The notes beneath the pieces were generated by a model. The model made no database searches and had not been told where the DNA came from. It saw nothing but the letters and a program-made list of their open reading frames with translations. A program made the position numbers and the translations under genes. A stretch of 63,932 bases of DNA, filler included, from Octopus bimaculoides (Eukaryota), in assembly GCF_001194135.2 (NCBI RefSeq). It is 6 parts of 6 records of this genome, joined end to end, with 100 filler letters (N's around TTAATTAATTAA, not from the genome) between each part and the next. Parts side by side here need not be neighbours in the genome. Positions count along the whole stretch, not along the records: positions 1 to 19,352 come from NC_068986.1; positions 19,453 to 39,026 come from NC_068983.1; 4 more parts are not named here. One strand, given 5' to 3'. Each line of letters opens with the position of its first letter. Position 1 is the stretch's first letter. Positions 14,380-27,329 of the stretch are shown here, in pieces.

Positions 14380-16086
14380 TATGTATCTATTTCAGGTTTA
14401 TAATTGTTTGCCAACTGATTTGATTGGAGCTGGTGTATCTCAATAGCACAGTATTTTACGAAAGAGTCAAAAAGTTTCTTTGGATTTCTATAAGTTTGTC
14501 ACTGACAGAATGATAAATATGTATAATTATAAACAAATCATATGGGATATCAAATCATATAACAAATCATAGGATACTTTGAGACAGAAAAGAGCAACCA
14601 CTCCACAGGTGGGATTAAACCAAATATTTATTCTATTGCCAAAAGACCACACTGTTATAGAGTGCCTTCTATTCTTATCTGTCAAATTGCATACTATAAA
14701 TGTTACTAGTACTAATTATCCTTCCTACCTCCATAAATATCTCACTTATTTCAGAAATAATTTATCAGCTATTCAGCCCCAATAGTTAGTTAAGGTAATT
14801 TATAAATGTTTAACATTGGAACTATTGTTTCTTTGGTTTGATGTTTATGATGCGAATTAACCCAGGAATGTGAGCATATTACAAATTGACAGTTTCATAT
14901 AAATGATGCATTATAAACACCAATTCTAGGTGGAAAAAGAACACCATATCAACCGGCAGAATTTGAACCATAAAGTTATCACTTGCCAGGTGGTACTATT
15001 ACCACTTACACTACTGAACATCTGCCATTTCTCTCTTTGTAAATTAGATTCTATAAATATTTGTTTCTGCTGTTTTAACTTTACTATTTTATCTTCCATT
15101 TCTATGACTCTAGAAAAGCTCAGACCATGATTCACCCAGTGGGCTGTTCATGATTGGTTGCTCTTTGTTGTTTGGAAGATTTGAGAAATAACACTAACAG
15201 TTTATAAGATTGTGTGAAAAAAATGGGAAGAATTGATATAGACATGAAATAATTAATAACCTTCACAAGATAATTTAATTGCCAGTATCATATATGACAT
15301 TCCAGTAGCTATAATTACTATTATACTTCTTGTCATTATTTTCAAATATCAGTGGGAATTCTCATGAAAAGTTTCTTCTTTTCTTTTACTACATTCAGCT
15401 ATTGAATTGTGGTCATGCCTAGGAAACACCTTCCAAAATTTAGTTGATTATATTCATCTTAGAGTTTTGTTTGGTATTTAATTTATCAATCTCAGAGGAG
15501 GGAAGAAAGAAAAGCTGACCAAGTGTAAAGGAAGGCAATTGAGTTGGATTAAAATACTTGAAACTATTTTACTTTGATATACTAATTTTACCATTCCACA
15601 CTGATGTATACACAAATGCACACACAAGTACATACACAAATACATGTACACACATACATACAAACACATGCATAGATACATATGCATACATATACACACA
15701 TCTGATGAGCTTTGGTAGAAATTTTGCTTACCACATTTGCTTCACAAGGCATTAGCCAATCTGAGACTATTGTTTGAAAATAATTGCTCAATTGGCTGCT
15801 CAATGGGATAAGAGATTGAAACTATGTTATGTGAAGTGAACATTTTAACCATACTGTGATGTCCTATGAAAATGGTAATTACTAATAATAACTCTCCACC
15901 ACAAGTTCCATCCCTTGTTGCAGTGTGGTGGGTTGCATGTCTCAATGAGTCTGAGAGTTATGCCAGTAGGATACAAGCTCCTGGGAGGGTCTCCCATGCT
16001 GGATAGATCAAAAGATAGATGCCAGGCTAATATGGACCACTTATTTTCAGGGACCAATTGCGAGTTTCTGTTCCAACCAATAAATG

Positions 16087-16323
16087 CAGTAATCCCTCAC
16101 CATACTGTGGCTTACCTATTATGGTTCACTTATTGCGGTTCATTATTTAAGCTTATGTCGATTCCTCCATGGTGTTGTCTTGCATTTATAATAAAATATA
16201 TATATATAAATAATAAAGATAATAAAAAACAAAACACAGTACAGTACTGTTTCTACTTTGAGGATTGTCACCTATCATGGGGTGTTTTGGTACATAACAC
16301 CCACGATAGTTGAGGGATTACTG
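16087..16323. mobile_element. Tigger/pogo-like MITE; related copies at 14158-14379 and from 58723
   Basis: TIR CAGTAATCCCTC...GAGGGATTACTG followed by TA; internal sequence shared with the 14158 copy. Confidence 0.8.
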
Positions 16324-17759
16324 TAATCCACTATACTGCAACTTAATCTGCCAGAAATAGTAGCTAATATATAGCTTAAACGACGCCTATCATCTTAAAT
16401 AGAGAACATAATGGATAATGTAGTGTGTAAAAAAGATAAGAAAACTAAAACAAATGAAATGGTCACAGCTGGAATGCTTTTGATTAAGATTGATTTACAA
16501 TAAACAATAAGAACAACAATAACTAGACAATGTTGTTAGTAGACACTTCTCCAGCATTCTGGGGAAAGACTTATTGCATGTTTTTAAAATCATGAATCCA
16601 ATGCTAATGATTGGCCACTGAAAACAGATAATCTTGGTTCAAAAGCCATTTAACCCTTTTATTTATATTTAACCCTTTTGCATACACATTGTTCTGTCAA
16701 AGGTAATGCTTATTTATTCTCGTTGTTTTGTATTAATCATGTATTATGTTGTAGCTTTGAGAATTTGAAGAGGTAACTGTTGATTTTTAGAATGATAATT
16801 TAGGGTTGGTGTGAGAGGCCAGATCTGGTCAGTTTGATCATAAGACAGTGAGAATATTTTATCTGGATATGGCTGGTTTAAACAGTTAGAATAAAAAATA
16901 AGTATCATTTATGGAAAAAGGCTTCAAAGGCATGAAGTGCTCAGACTATTTCTTGACAGAAGAAACTGACAACATCTCTTGCTGTATACTATTGGTTGAT
17001 TATGGATTATAGAAGACACTTGATTAAAGTGCCATGCAGTGGGATTGAACCAAAACCATGTGGTAGGGTATTTAACTTCTCAGCCACATAACCATGTGTA
17101 TTGCAATCTCAGATAAACAAAGAAGACCCAAAATAAAGACCAATTAATTAATTAACTAATTAATTAGACTATTGGACTTGTTTCTTATGTGTGTCCAAGC
17201 TTCAGCAGGGTGTGACCTAGACTTATGAGATGGATCATAAAGAATCAGAATTTAACTCATAAATGTCTTCCCATCACAACACAATATTTATTTATGAATA
17301 AAAGACATTATATTTTTAGTTAAATTCCACCATACTTCATGATCTCTCTGACTGAACAGTGTGAGTCCTTTTCTGAAAATTCAGTGCTGAGTTGAATAAA
17401 AGATAAATCTAATCCATATATTTATTTAATATGTGCCTCAGTTATTGATTTGTGCACCACTCTATGCAACACAAAAATTCATTCCCTCCCTCCTTCCCTC
17501 TCACACCCTCTCTCTGTACACACACACGCACACTTGCACACAAGGTGACACGCACATATACTCAAGCATACACATACACACACATGAATGCACATACATT
17601 CATATAGATATATGAAGGTGGAAATGGGATATTGCTGTAATCATGAACAGCAGTAACAGCAGCAGCAACAGCAGCAGCAGCAGTAACAGCAACAACAACA
17701 AGAGTGACAGAAATGCTGACATTGTTTTCCTATGTAAGCTTCATATATCTTTGAAACAG

Positions 17760-17875
17760 ACGTGTAGACCAAATCAAATCGATGATAAATGGCAGAAGGA
17801 ATTTGATAATGAGTGGATATAAGAAATATATCTACAGAGAGATAATGATGACAGGAAATCGATATAGTCCTAAGG
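17760..17875 (+). CDS. Candidate exon of an unidentified gene
   Basis: ctttgaaacag| acceptor and AAGG|gtgagt donor. 116 bp open in phase 2: RVDQIKSMINGRRNLIMSGYKKYIYREIMMTGNRYSPK. Retains CpGs in a CpG-poor block. Confidence 0.4.
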
Positions 17876-18299
17876 GTGAGTGTATGGTAGGATGCTGGTA
17901 ATATTTTTTTGTGGGAAATTACTTTGTACATATTTGATACTTTAGCAAAAACAAAAAAAAAAGGAAAGAAAAGAAAGATAAATTAAACAACAAAATCATT
18001 CTTACAAAAATCCAACTAGCAACAAGGAGCCATAAAAAAAATGTAATAAGTCACATATATTAGACTAGTTTGTTTGATGTTAATAGTTAAATCTATCAAA
18101 ATAAGCATGAGAACAAATAAATACTAAGAAGGCATATGCAAAGTGATATGGAATAAACTTTTTGACCAATAAATGCGTTGTGAGTGGAATTTGGTAGACA
18201 GAAACTGTGTGGAAGTCTAAAACCTCTCTCTCTTACTCTCTTTCTCTCTCTCTCTTACTCTCTTTCTCTCTCTCTCTTACTCTCTTTCTCACTCTCTCT

Positions 18300-18381
<82 letters not shown>

Positions 18382-19161
18382 GCGAGTGTCTTCTACTATA
18401 GCCTCGGGCCAACCAAAACCTTGTGAGTGGATTTGGTAGACAGAAACTGAAAGAAGCCCATCGTATATACATATATGTGTGTATATGTTTGTGTGTTTGT
18501 GTTTGTCCCCACCAAAATCGCTTGGCAACCGATGCTGGTGTGTTTACGTCCCCGTCACTTAGCGGTTCAGCAAGAGAGACCGATAGAATAAGTACTAGAC
18601 TTACAAAGAATAAGTCCTGGGGTTGATTTGCTCGACTAAAGGTGGTTCTCCAGCATGGCTGCAGTAGAATGACTGAAACAAATAAAAGAATAGAAAAATA
18701 CACACACACACACATATATATATGTATGTATACACACACACAAACACACATACATGTATAAGAATAAAAGTTCTCTGTAGTATACAGTAAAATATATCAA
18801 TAATGATAGAAAACTTAGCCAAAAATAATGGAGGTATTTTTTCATGCATTTATTTATATGCAAATATAAAATGTCTGGATTTTCTTAAGAAAATGATAGA
18901 ATACTGCATAGATCCTTTAATCTTGTTTACTATTTTTTTAATAATATTTTTGTTCTGGTATTGTTGGTGTCTGGTGCTGGAGAATCAATCTTTGGCAAAG
19001 ATTAACTGTTCTATCATTTCCTTATGAAAATCCCGATGTTCTGTGACTATATAAGAAAAGATAACTCCAATATTTCTAAGTTCCAGTATTAATGTATGTA
19101 TGCATGTATATATATATATCTATACATATATACGTATACATATGTGTGATTGCGTGTGTAT

Positions 19162-19206
<45 letters not shown>

Positions 19207-19352
19207 GTTTAACGTCTTAATGTCCACTTTCCATGCTAGCATGGATTGGACAATTTGACTGAGGACTGGTGAACCAGATGGCTACACCAGGCTCCAATCT
19301 GATTTGGCAGAGTTTCTACAGCTGGATACCCTTCCTATATATATATATATAT

Positions 19353-19452
19353 NNNNNNNNNNNNNNNNNNNNNNNNNNNNNNNNNNNNNNNNNNNNTTAA
19401 TTAATTAANNNNNNNNNNNNNNNNNNNNNNNNNNNNNNNNNNNNNNNNNNNN
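19353..19452. other. Artificial scaffold linker; identical linkers at 39027-39126, 51869-51968, 57801-57900 and 62230-62329
   Basis: All five are exactly 44 N + TTAATTAATTAA (stops in six frames) + 44 N. Confidence 0.97.
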
Positions 19453-19948
19453 AAAGGAACTTGAGCAGGAACAAACCTATAAATACCTAGGAATAAATGA
19501 AGGCTCTGGTATCCAGCATGCAAGCATGAAAGAGAAGGTTAGGAAGGAATGTTATAGAAGAGTTCGAGCAGTTCTGAAGTCTGAGCTGAATGCTTATAAT
19601 AAGGTGTTAGCCATAAATTCCTTAGCAGTCCCAGTTGTTCTTTATAGCTTCAATGTGCTTAACTGGAATACCAGTGAAATAGTCAAAATTGATAGGAAAA
19701 TCCGCAAGCTACTGACTTGTAAAAAGATGCACCATCCAAAGGCAGACGTGGATCGTCTTTACCTTCCCAGAGCTCAGGGAGGTCGAGGCTTGATCCAGCT
19801 TGAACTTACGTTCAAGACCGCCACAATCGGACTGGCCAAATACCTTGAAACCACCAGCGATTGGATGCTGAAACTTGTTGAAAAACATGAAAGACCGAAA
19901 AAACTTCACTGTATTCTGAAAGAGAGCGAAGTTTTGCATCTAACTTAA
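19453..19948 (+). mobile_element. R4/Dong-clade non-LTR retrotransposon RT C-terminal fragment
   Basis: TYKYLGINEG..MKEKVRKECYRRVRAVLKSELN..NKVLAINSLAVPVV..HHPKADVDRLYLPRAQGGRGLIQLE; cut on the left by a linker. Confidence 0.85.
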
Positions 19949-22900
19949 CAAAATGATTAGAACTCACAACTTCACTAATTATGAATAATGTTACCTCGTG
20001 TCCAACATCTCATTTATATAAGTGTATAACACCTCAACTACACCTGTTTATTGGGTGATATATTTAATATGTCCCCCAATTCAGCGCGACCGCCTGGTCC
20101 GGAAGGTCCGGTGTTGGGGTCACTTTGTTGTAAGCATTCTGACCACGACGGACCTATGCTTTGAGAATAACCTATACACTACGGTTTCATTCTTTGTCGA
20201 CTTGCCATCCTCAAAGATAATGCAAAGGGTCATAGTGCTACCCACAATAAGTTTTAACAACAAGTTTATTGATGGAATTCATGTTAATTTGGTTAAAATG
20301 TGAATTGAGAGTGTTTCCTGGTCAAAAGATTTAACTTTGTTCTTGGTTTCTCTGTTAGTTTTATTCAATGGTATCGACTTCTAATTGATTGTGAATGTTT
20401 GAAAGGCGAAATCAGCTCTGTCGGAATTTGAACCAGGGATGAAGAAGGATAAAAAAAAACACTGAAAAGTATATTCAGAAAGAACAACGCAAGGAATCAA
20501 TAAAATAAGATAAAAATTTGGAAAATTCTTCCAAATATAGAATACTTGGTACTTTAGAATCTCAATAAGGGAAATACTGCAAATATAAAAGATTGACGTA
20601 ATTAATTAGTTGTCTAATTAAAGTATTCAATAAAATATGAAATCAATCGATTTTGTGGTGTCTCTCATCTCCAAACCCATTAATGGGGGTGAATACTGAG
20701 AAATTCCTGAAAGAGAGGAAAAAACATGCTAATGCTGATGATAAAAAGATTTGGTTGACATGAATTCTAACTGAAGGATATGGGATTATATTTTTCCGTT
20801 GGGTCAATGTGACCTCATCCTCGGTTTAAGTGGGAAATGATGGTCTCGAAATGGTAAGTAAATGAGAAAGTGAAAAACATTTTCAGTTGTATTGTTTCGA
20901 GCTGATCTGGGTGTGTGTATCACGAATACATTCTTGGTTTTCATCTTTAGCAAAAATCAAAATCGATGAAAAATGCATAAGATTAAATAGAAGCACAATT
21001 CTGTTTGATGTCCTCACTGTTATGTTCGATTTTTTTTTTGTAATAGGTGGCACTCTGGTGTTGGTATGTAGGCGTGTGTATGGTAGTGGGGGGAGAGGGA
21101 GAGAGAAAAAATGAGAGAGACTGGGAGAAAAAAGAGGGGAAGTAGGAGTTAATTGTTTCATTTTATCGACGTTTTCTGACCAGTTAACGTACGGTTTTAA
21201 CAATGTACCCAGCTCTAGTGGCTGGAAATAATTGTTGTTGTCTTTGCTTTATTGGTACCGTATCGACTCTGATTTAGCTTATCTATGATCAACAACCTTC
21301 CACTCGTGACCAACCTTTTTCTCTAGAGATATCTCGGACTATAATACTAAATGTGGAATTTAGTCGCTTTTGCAATACTTGATTTGAGAAAGATTTGACT
21401 GCTATTTTAAGCGGACTGTACAGACATAAGCACACATAAACATGTACACACATGTGCATGCATGGGCACACATAAACATGTACACACATGTGCATGCATG
21501 GGCACACATATTTATAAATACGTATCTACATATATGCATAGAATATATGGAACTAGATTGAGAAAGAATTTAGATTTAAGCCAATGGCAGTCATCTGTCT
21601 TCCAACTCTAGGATCCACAGAAATACTAACAAATGTTTCAAGGTTAAGAATTGAAGCTACAGAAAGCAATAGTAACAAAGCAAACTAGAATTATCCAGAA
21701 AATCATAAACCATAGGAATTTGGACCTAATGTGGCTGGACAACTTGGAAGTTGTTGTCGCCGTCGTTTAAGCTCCAGGTTAGACCCAAATGATCTGACTT
21801 ATAGACAAAAGATGTTGCAGCTGCGAATATTTGTCTTTCTGTTTATCTAAGACTCTCCAATGTCTCGTTCATCTTTTTAAAACGATCGGACGTGACCTGA
21901 TGTAATATAGATACCATTTCTAGTCGGTGAAACAACCTCACAGAAGCATTGTCAATGGCTCGCACCTTGGACAGTGTAACTACAGCTACTGGTAGCTGCT
22001 GGTCAGATCTAACCAAGACATGTTATAGCATTTCACTTCTTAGAGGTGAGAGGAAACCATTTACATACCATATCATAAATTGTTGATGAGCTACAAGAAT
22101 ATCCTCAATTTTTCTTTGTTTAACGTGACGGTGTAAGGGTCAAATATTATAACAAAATCAAATAAGATTCATAAACCAATATTTCATAGACATTGGAAAT
22201 AAATTTAATGAGTTGACACGAGTATGCTCGTTGGTAAAGTGAGGGAAATATGTACCCTCCTAAGAAAAAGGGTGTGTTGAATAGGAACCTGGCAACTGAA
22301 TTGTTTTAGCTAAGTTAGAACTACAGATATACTGGAGTTAAAAAGGTGGCTTTTTAAACACTGATTTACGGTAATATAATATAAAAGTCACTTAATCTAG
22401 TAAATTTTAAAATGATTATTCTGTCCGATTAAAGGAAAAAAAGCAAAAAGCTATTTAGACATTTATATATTTATGTGATTATTGCTCTTGGAAAAAATCC
22501 CGGAGGAAATTTGCAAAATATCGGTTGAGTACGAAATGTGTAATATTTTCTGATCGCAACATATATTAATTATAAGTTGCAGCATAATGACTTACATATA
22601 TCAATTCATTATATCAATCGATAAAATTTGTGTTCAAGCTGCTGTATCCTTGCTTATTTTTCAAATCATCTTCATAAAAGCCACGTGACCAGACAGGAAA
22701 CAAAAGTACATGATTTCACACTTACATGTTTTTAGTTAATTGATTCACGATGTTATTGAAGAACGGACGTAAGTAACTCTTAGAAGTGGTTTTATGCAGC
22801 CAAAAGTGAGATGTTTAATTTTACGAAGTAGACGTTAATTTCTCTATTTCCTTTACATTGGAGTTGCTCGTTCCAATCGGAAATTTGATACAGCACCAGT

Positions 22901-23083
22901 AAGATTTTGCCCTTTATATCTTTTGACTTAATCTGTGTTGCTGTCTTTTTCAGTACTCAAATTGATTGATTGATTAATTGATTAATTAATTGCTTAATTT
23001 CTTTCGATTTCTTTCCTCACCCTCTCCTTATCATATAAAATAGTCAAATGTAAACACATAATTTCCCTCTTTCTCACCGTATT

Positions 23084-23141
<58 letters not shown>

Positions 23142-23518
23142 ACACACAGAAACACACACCCACACACTGCGAACACCCCCAGCACACACACTCTGTCTCT
23201 GTCTCTCTCTCTTTCTCAGTTGTACATCTGTATTCCCATGTACATGTGTACATGGGAATAAATATGTGTAGAGAGAAAGACTATAAATATATCCCCAAAC
23301 ATGCAAATATAAACCTTTCTCGCTGTCCCATTTACAGGTGTTTTCACTCTTCGATCGACACCTTTAATACAACCTTTCCTTTTCTCTCCCACTTGTACCA
23401 TCGTAGAACAATACAAACTGACATCAGTCTTTCTTTCTATCTATCTCTTTATCTCTTTACTTATCTCTCTTTATATCTCTCTCTCCCTATCTCAGTCTCT
23501 CGCTCTCTAAATATACAC

Positions 23519-23867
23519 AAGAGGAAACAGTGGACTAAAGATGTCTTGAAACTGGATAAGTGTGGAACTGAAATTATTCCTGAGAAGTTGGCAAATATCT
23601 GACGGAGTAATCCCCATAATTTAATAACGGCAACTCTAAAGAGCAATGGCTATAAAAGGAGCACAGCTCAGATAGAGCGAAAGAAACAAGAATTCATCCG
23701 CTTCCGTGCTCTGATCAGACCTCCCATTAGCATCCTTGACACCATCTTTGAACAGAAACGCAAAAAAGATGACAAGGGTGGAGACACTAATGTGAGTGGC
23801 AGCTGTTGACCTGGCGAAACCATGAATGAGAGACATGCCAAGGGAGAAGACTCTAGTATTAATGGCC

Positions 23868-23870
<3 letters not shown>
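23519..23870 (+). pseudogene. Decayed Myb/SANT-like (trihelix) reading frame
   Basis: One frame KRKQWTKDVLKLDKCGTEIIPEKLANI*RSNPHNLITATLKSNGYKRSTAQIERKKQEF... with stops at 23600 and 23807. Confidence 0.5.
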
Positions 23871-23931
<61 letters not shown>

Positions 23932-24149
23932 CAATGTGATCAGCCAAAGGGATGAAAGGCCTAGAAAAATGAAAAAAGATAAAAGGAAAAGTAAATGAAG
24001 AAAACAAGATGAATAAAAGACTCTGATGATGATACAAAGGAAAAAGAAGAGAAAAACAAAAAACAACGGCGAGAAAAGAAACCCGTTCGACAGCCGATAC
24101 GCGAAGGTACATATGATTATGGAACGCACATAAGTTGGTATATTCTACC

Positions 24150-25396
24150 CTCTAGCGTCCATGAATGGGGAAAAGAGTCAAAGGCCTTGTTGTAGTTTAG
24201 CCACATTGAAACTAGGTCCCCCCCTATGCTCTCGTACCTCTGGCATCACAGTTTTGTTGATTAGCAATTGCTTGGCACATCCCCAGACTCCCTTCTTCTC
24301 AGCTTTTTGTTCTGCTGTGATAATGTTATTGGTTTCATAATGGTCCTGGAGGGAGAGGTTTAAACAAGCTGTATATATCTTATACATTAATTTCTGACAT
24401 GCAATTGGCTGGTAGCATTTTTCCATGTGGGTGGTTCTGCATTTAGGGTTCAACTTTGTCTCTGCCAGAGCTAACCAGTGTGGTATGCTACTGTTCCCAA
24501 TAAAAGCTTGCCTGGTAGAGACTGATAAGATATGGTCGCTAAAATGTTAGCTTCTTGTACCAATATCCAACAATCAAGTCTCTTCCAGGTCCTTTTCCAT
24601 TCTGGAGTTTCTAAATCACAGTCTCAAGAGTTTCACCATCAATGTTGCATTTTTAGGATGTAACGCAGGAACAACAACTTTTTCGGATTTCTTCCAGCCA
24701 CAAAACATTTTGGTTAATTTCCTTCTTTTCGCTCCAGATTTTCCTCCAGAAGGAGTCTACGTCTTCTCGTGAAGGAGCTTCCGTGATGGTCAATGCTCCT
24801 CTTCTCATGTTTCTGTACACTGCTTTGTGGTTGCGGTTAAATTTTTTGTTGATTGTTCTTCTCTCGGTTATTCTCTTCTGATGCCGGAGTTTTTCACTGA
24901 CAGCTTTTAGCTCCTGCTTGAGAGTAATCAGTTTGCAAGTGACTGTCCCTTTTTTGCTGTCTCCAAACATCATTTCTATCTCCTTCTTTATTTTCTGTTG
25001 GTGGGACGTATAGTGATTTGCTTGTTTGCGTGCAATAAGCGTCATTACATGACCGATGGTCTTCCGTAAACCAGTTATCTTTTCTCTGTCTTCAAAACCC
25101 ATGATGGCAATTACTGTGTTATATCAGTTTTGTTTACCTTTTGAATATCTTTCACGTACAGTTTTACAGTAGTAGCCAGCGCGTATAGACAGGCTTTACT
25201 CTGCCAGTATGTGGGTTCATCACATTCTTGTAAATACTCATTACCAATTTCGTTAACAGCTTTTAATACTGTATCTGGTGTTTTTTTACTTACTTTGGTA
25301 GAGAATATTCTCTCCTCGAGAGATTCCTTCAAAGCTAAATTTATTTCATCTCGGAAAAGTTCAGTAAAGGCACATTTCAACGGCATATGATCCTGA

Positions 25397-25439
<43 letters not shown>

Positions 25440-25830
25440 GTCATTGCGGTTGTGCCTGCTATTTACTATAATCGTAGTAGGGGACAGTGGTCAGTTGCTT
25501 GAGCCAGTAATGTAGTTTGGCTGGCAGGCACTATAGAATCTGTTGGAATGTCGCTAGCTGCGATACCACGTGGTAGTCCTATATCATTCGCGTTTTTCAT
25601 TAGAATTAGGAAGAAGGTTAGTTTCCGATTTTTTAATAAAATTACAGTTGCTAACCTTCCTTCTATGTTCTACAAGTGTTGCTTGTTGGTGTAGTTGATT
25701 TGCAGTAAAACGGTTTAATTCTGGATGCAGATCGTCCCAATATGATTTCAATCGATTCATAGAGCCAACAGCGGGGTTTTGTTTCGCTTTTTCGTAGAAG
25801 TTAAATATATCACTATTCAATTCATAACTC
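24150..25830 (-). mobile_element. R4/Dong-clade LINE relic (Myb-like N-terminus to RT domain 2)
   Basis: Fragments MNRLKSYWDDLHPE..NQLHQQ, EAPSREDVDSFWRKIWSE, YQPIACQKLMYKIYT..EQK..GCAKQLLINK. Confidence 0.8.
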
Positions 25831-26493
25831 CAAGAGAAATGAGTTTTGTAGTTACGGTTTCTTCTATAACTACAGCCGGAAAGAATTTGTTTATCTTTTC
25901 AGCTGTTGTTTTCGTACTGTTTCTCGGTTGTGTTGTTGTTGATGTTGTGTCTATCCATGTTGTTTGTAGTAACTCTCTGCATACTAAATTCAAGTTTCAG
26001 TTAAAAGTCACAACGATCGTGAATAAAAGACTCCCCCAGTTAATTCATCTGAAGAGTAACCAGTTATTGCACAAGGCTGATAGTTGCGGCACCAAATCTG
26101 GAGATGATATTCATCATATTTTCGATAAATAGTCTTCCACGCTAAATACGCAACTTGCCGCTTTGAGTATTGTATGTATGTATGTACGTATGTACATATG
26201 TATGAATGTATGTATGTATGTATGTATATATGTATGTATGTGTGTGTATGCATGCATGGATTTATGTATGTATGTGTGTATGTATGTATGTATGTCATTA
26301 TTCAGTTTCATTTCAAGATTTCTTGCCAAGAGAGAAAGCCGTCTTCTAAACTTGATCCAAGGCTCCTTCAATGGAATTTCAAGAACATCAAGACAGTATT
26401 TTTGAATGCATGTATGTATGTGTGTATGTACGGATGCATGTATGTATCGATGTATGTAAGTATGTATGTATATATATGTGTATGTATGTCATC

Positions 26494-26875
26494 GTGGAGG
26501 CGCAATGGTCCAGTGGTTAGGGCAGCAGACTCGCGGTCATAGGATCACGGTTTCGATTCCCAGACCAGGCGTTGTGAGTGTTTATTGAGGGAAAACACAT
26601 AAAGCTCCACGAGGTTCCGGCAGGGGATGGTGGCGAACCCTGCTGTACTCTTCCACCACAACTTTCTCTCACTCTTACTTCCTGTTTCTGTTGTGCCTGT
26701 AATTCAGAGGGTCCGCCTTGTCACACTGTGTCACGCTGAATATCTCCGAGAACTACGTTAAAGGTACACGTGTCTGTGGAGTGCTCAGCCACTTGCACGT
26801 TAATTTCACGAGCAGGCTGTTCCGTTGATCGGATCAACTGGGAACCCTCGACGTCGTAAGCGACGGAGTGCCAAC
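26494..26875 (+). mobile_element. tRNA-derived SINE family A, full length
   Basis: Pol III A/B boxes (TGGTCCAGTGG, GTTTCGATTCC), tail ...GACGGAGTGCCAAC, 11-bp TSD ATGTATGTCAT. Confidence 0.92.
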
Positions 26876-27329
26876 GATGTATGTCATAATTCCGTTTTAT
26901 TTCAAGATTTCTTGCAAAAATAGAAAGAGCCGGTTTCTAACCTAGATCCAAGGCACCAGGGTCCTTTTATTTGTTTGTATGCATGTATATATGTATTTGT
27001 GCAAATTTTTATTTTTTGTTATATGTATTTATTCGAATAAAGAGTTGTTTGCAGAGACGTATCCGGTTGTAGGTGGTTTATCCGGATTTTCTTGAAGATA
27101 TTCGTCCAGAAACCATTTGAATGTTATGAGATATTTCTCTTCTCTTATGTGTCGTGCATAATGTTAACGAGATTAGAATCAGTTATGGTTAACTAGTTCT
27201 GTTTTAGTGTTTTGATGTGACGCGAGAATCATTTTTGTAGAAGACCCATGGTACGTAGATCAAGCCTTGGGTAAATTTTAAGGTTGATACCAACATTATT
27301 GGGGCAATACTGTTGGGATATTTACCTCA

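Noticed and set aside
18984-19046. Minus-strand TEHRDFHKEMIEQLIFAKD* as an ATG4 terminal exon
   Set aside because: No resemblance to the GFFC exon or the acidic FEIL-type C-terminus of ATG4, and the phase is incompatible.
19397-19408. TTAATTAATTAA palindrome recurring five times, resembling a regulatory or recombination site
   Set aside because: Always centred in exactly 44+44 N, so it is an assembly linker.
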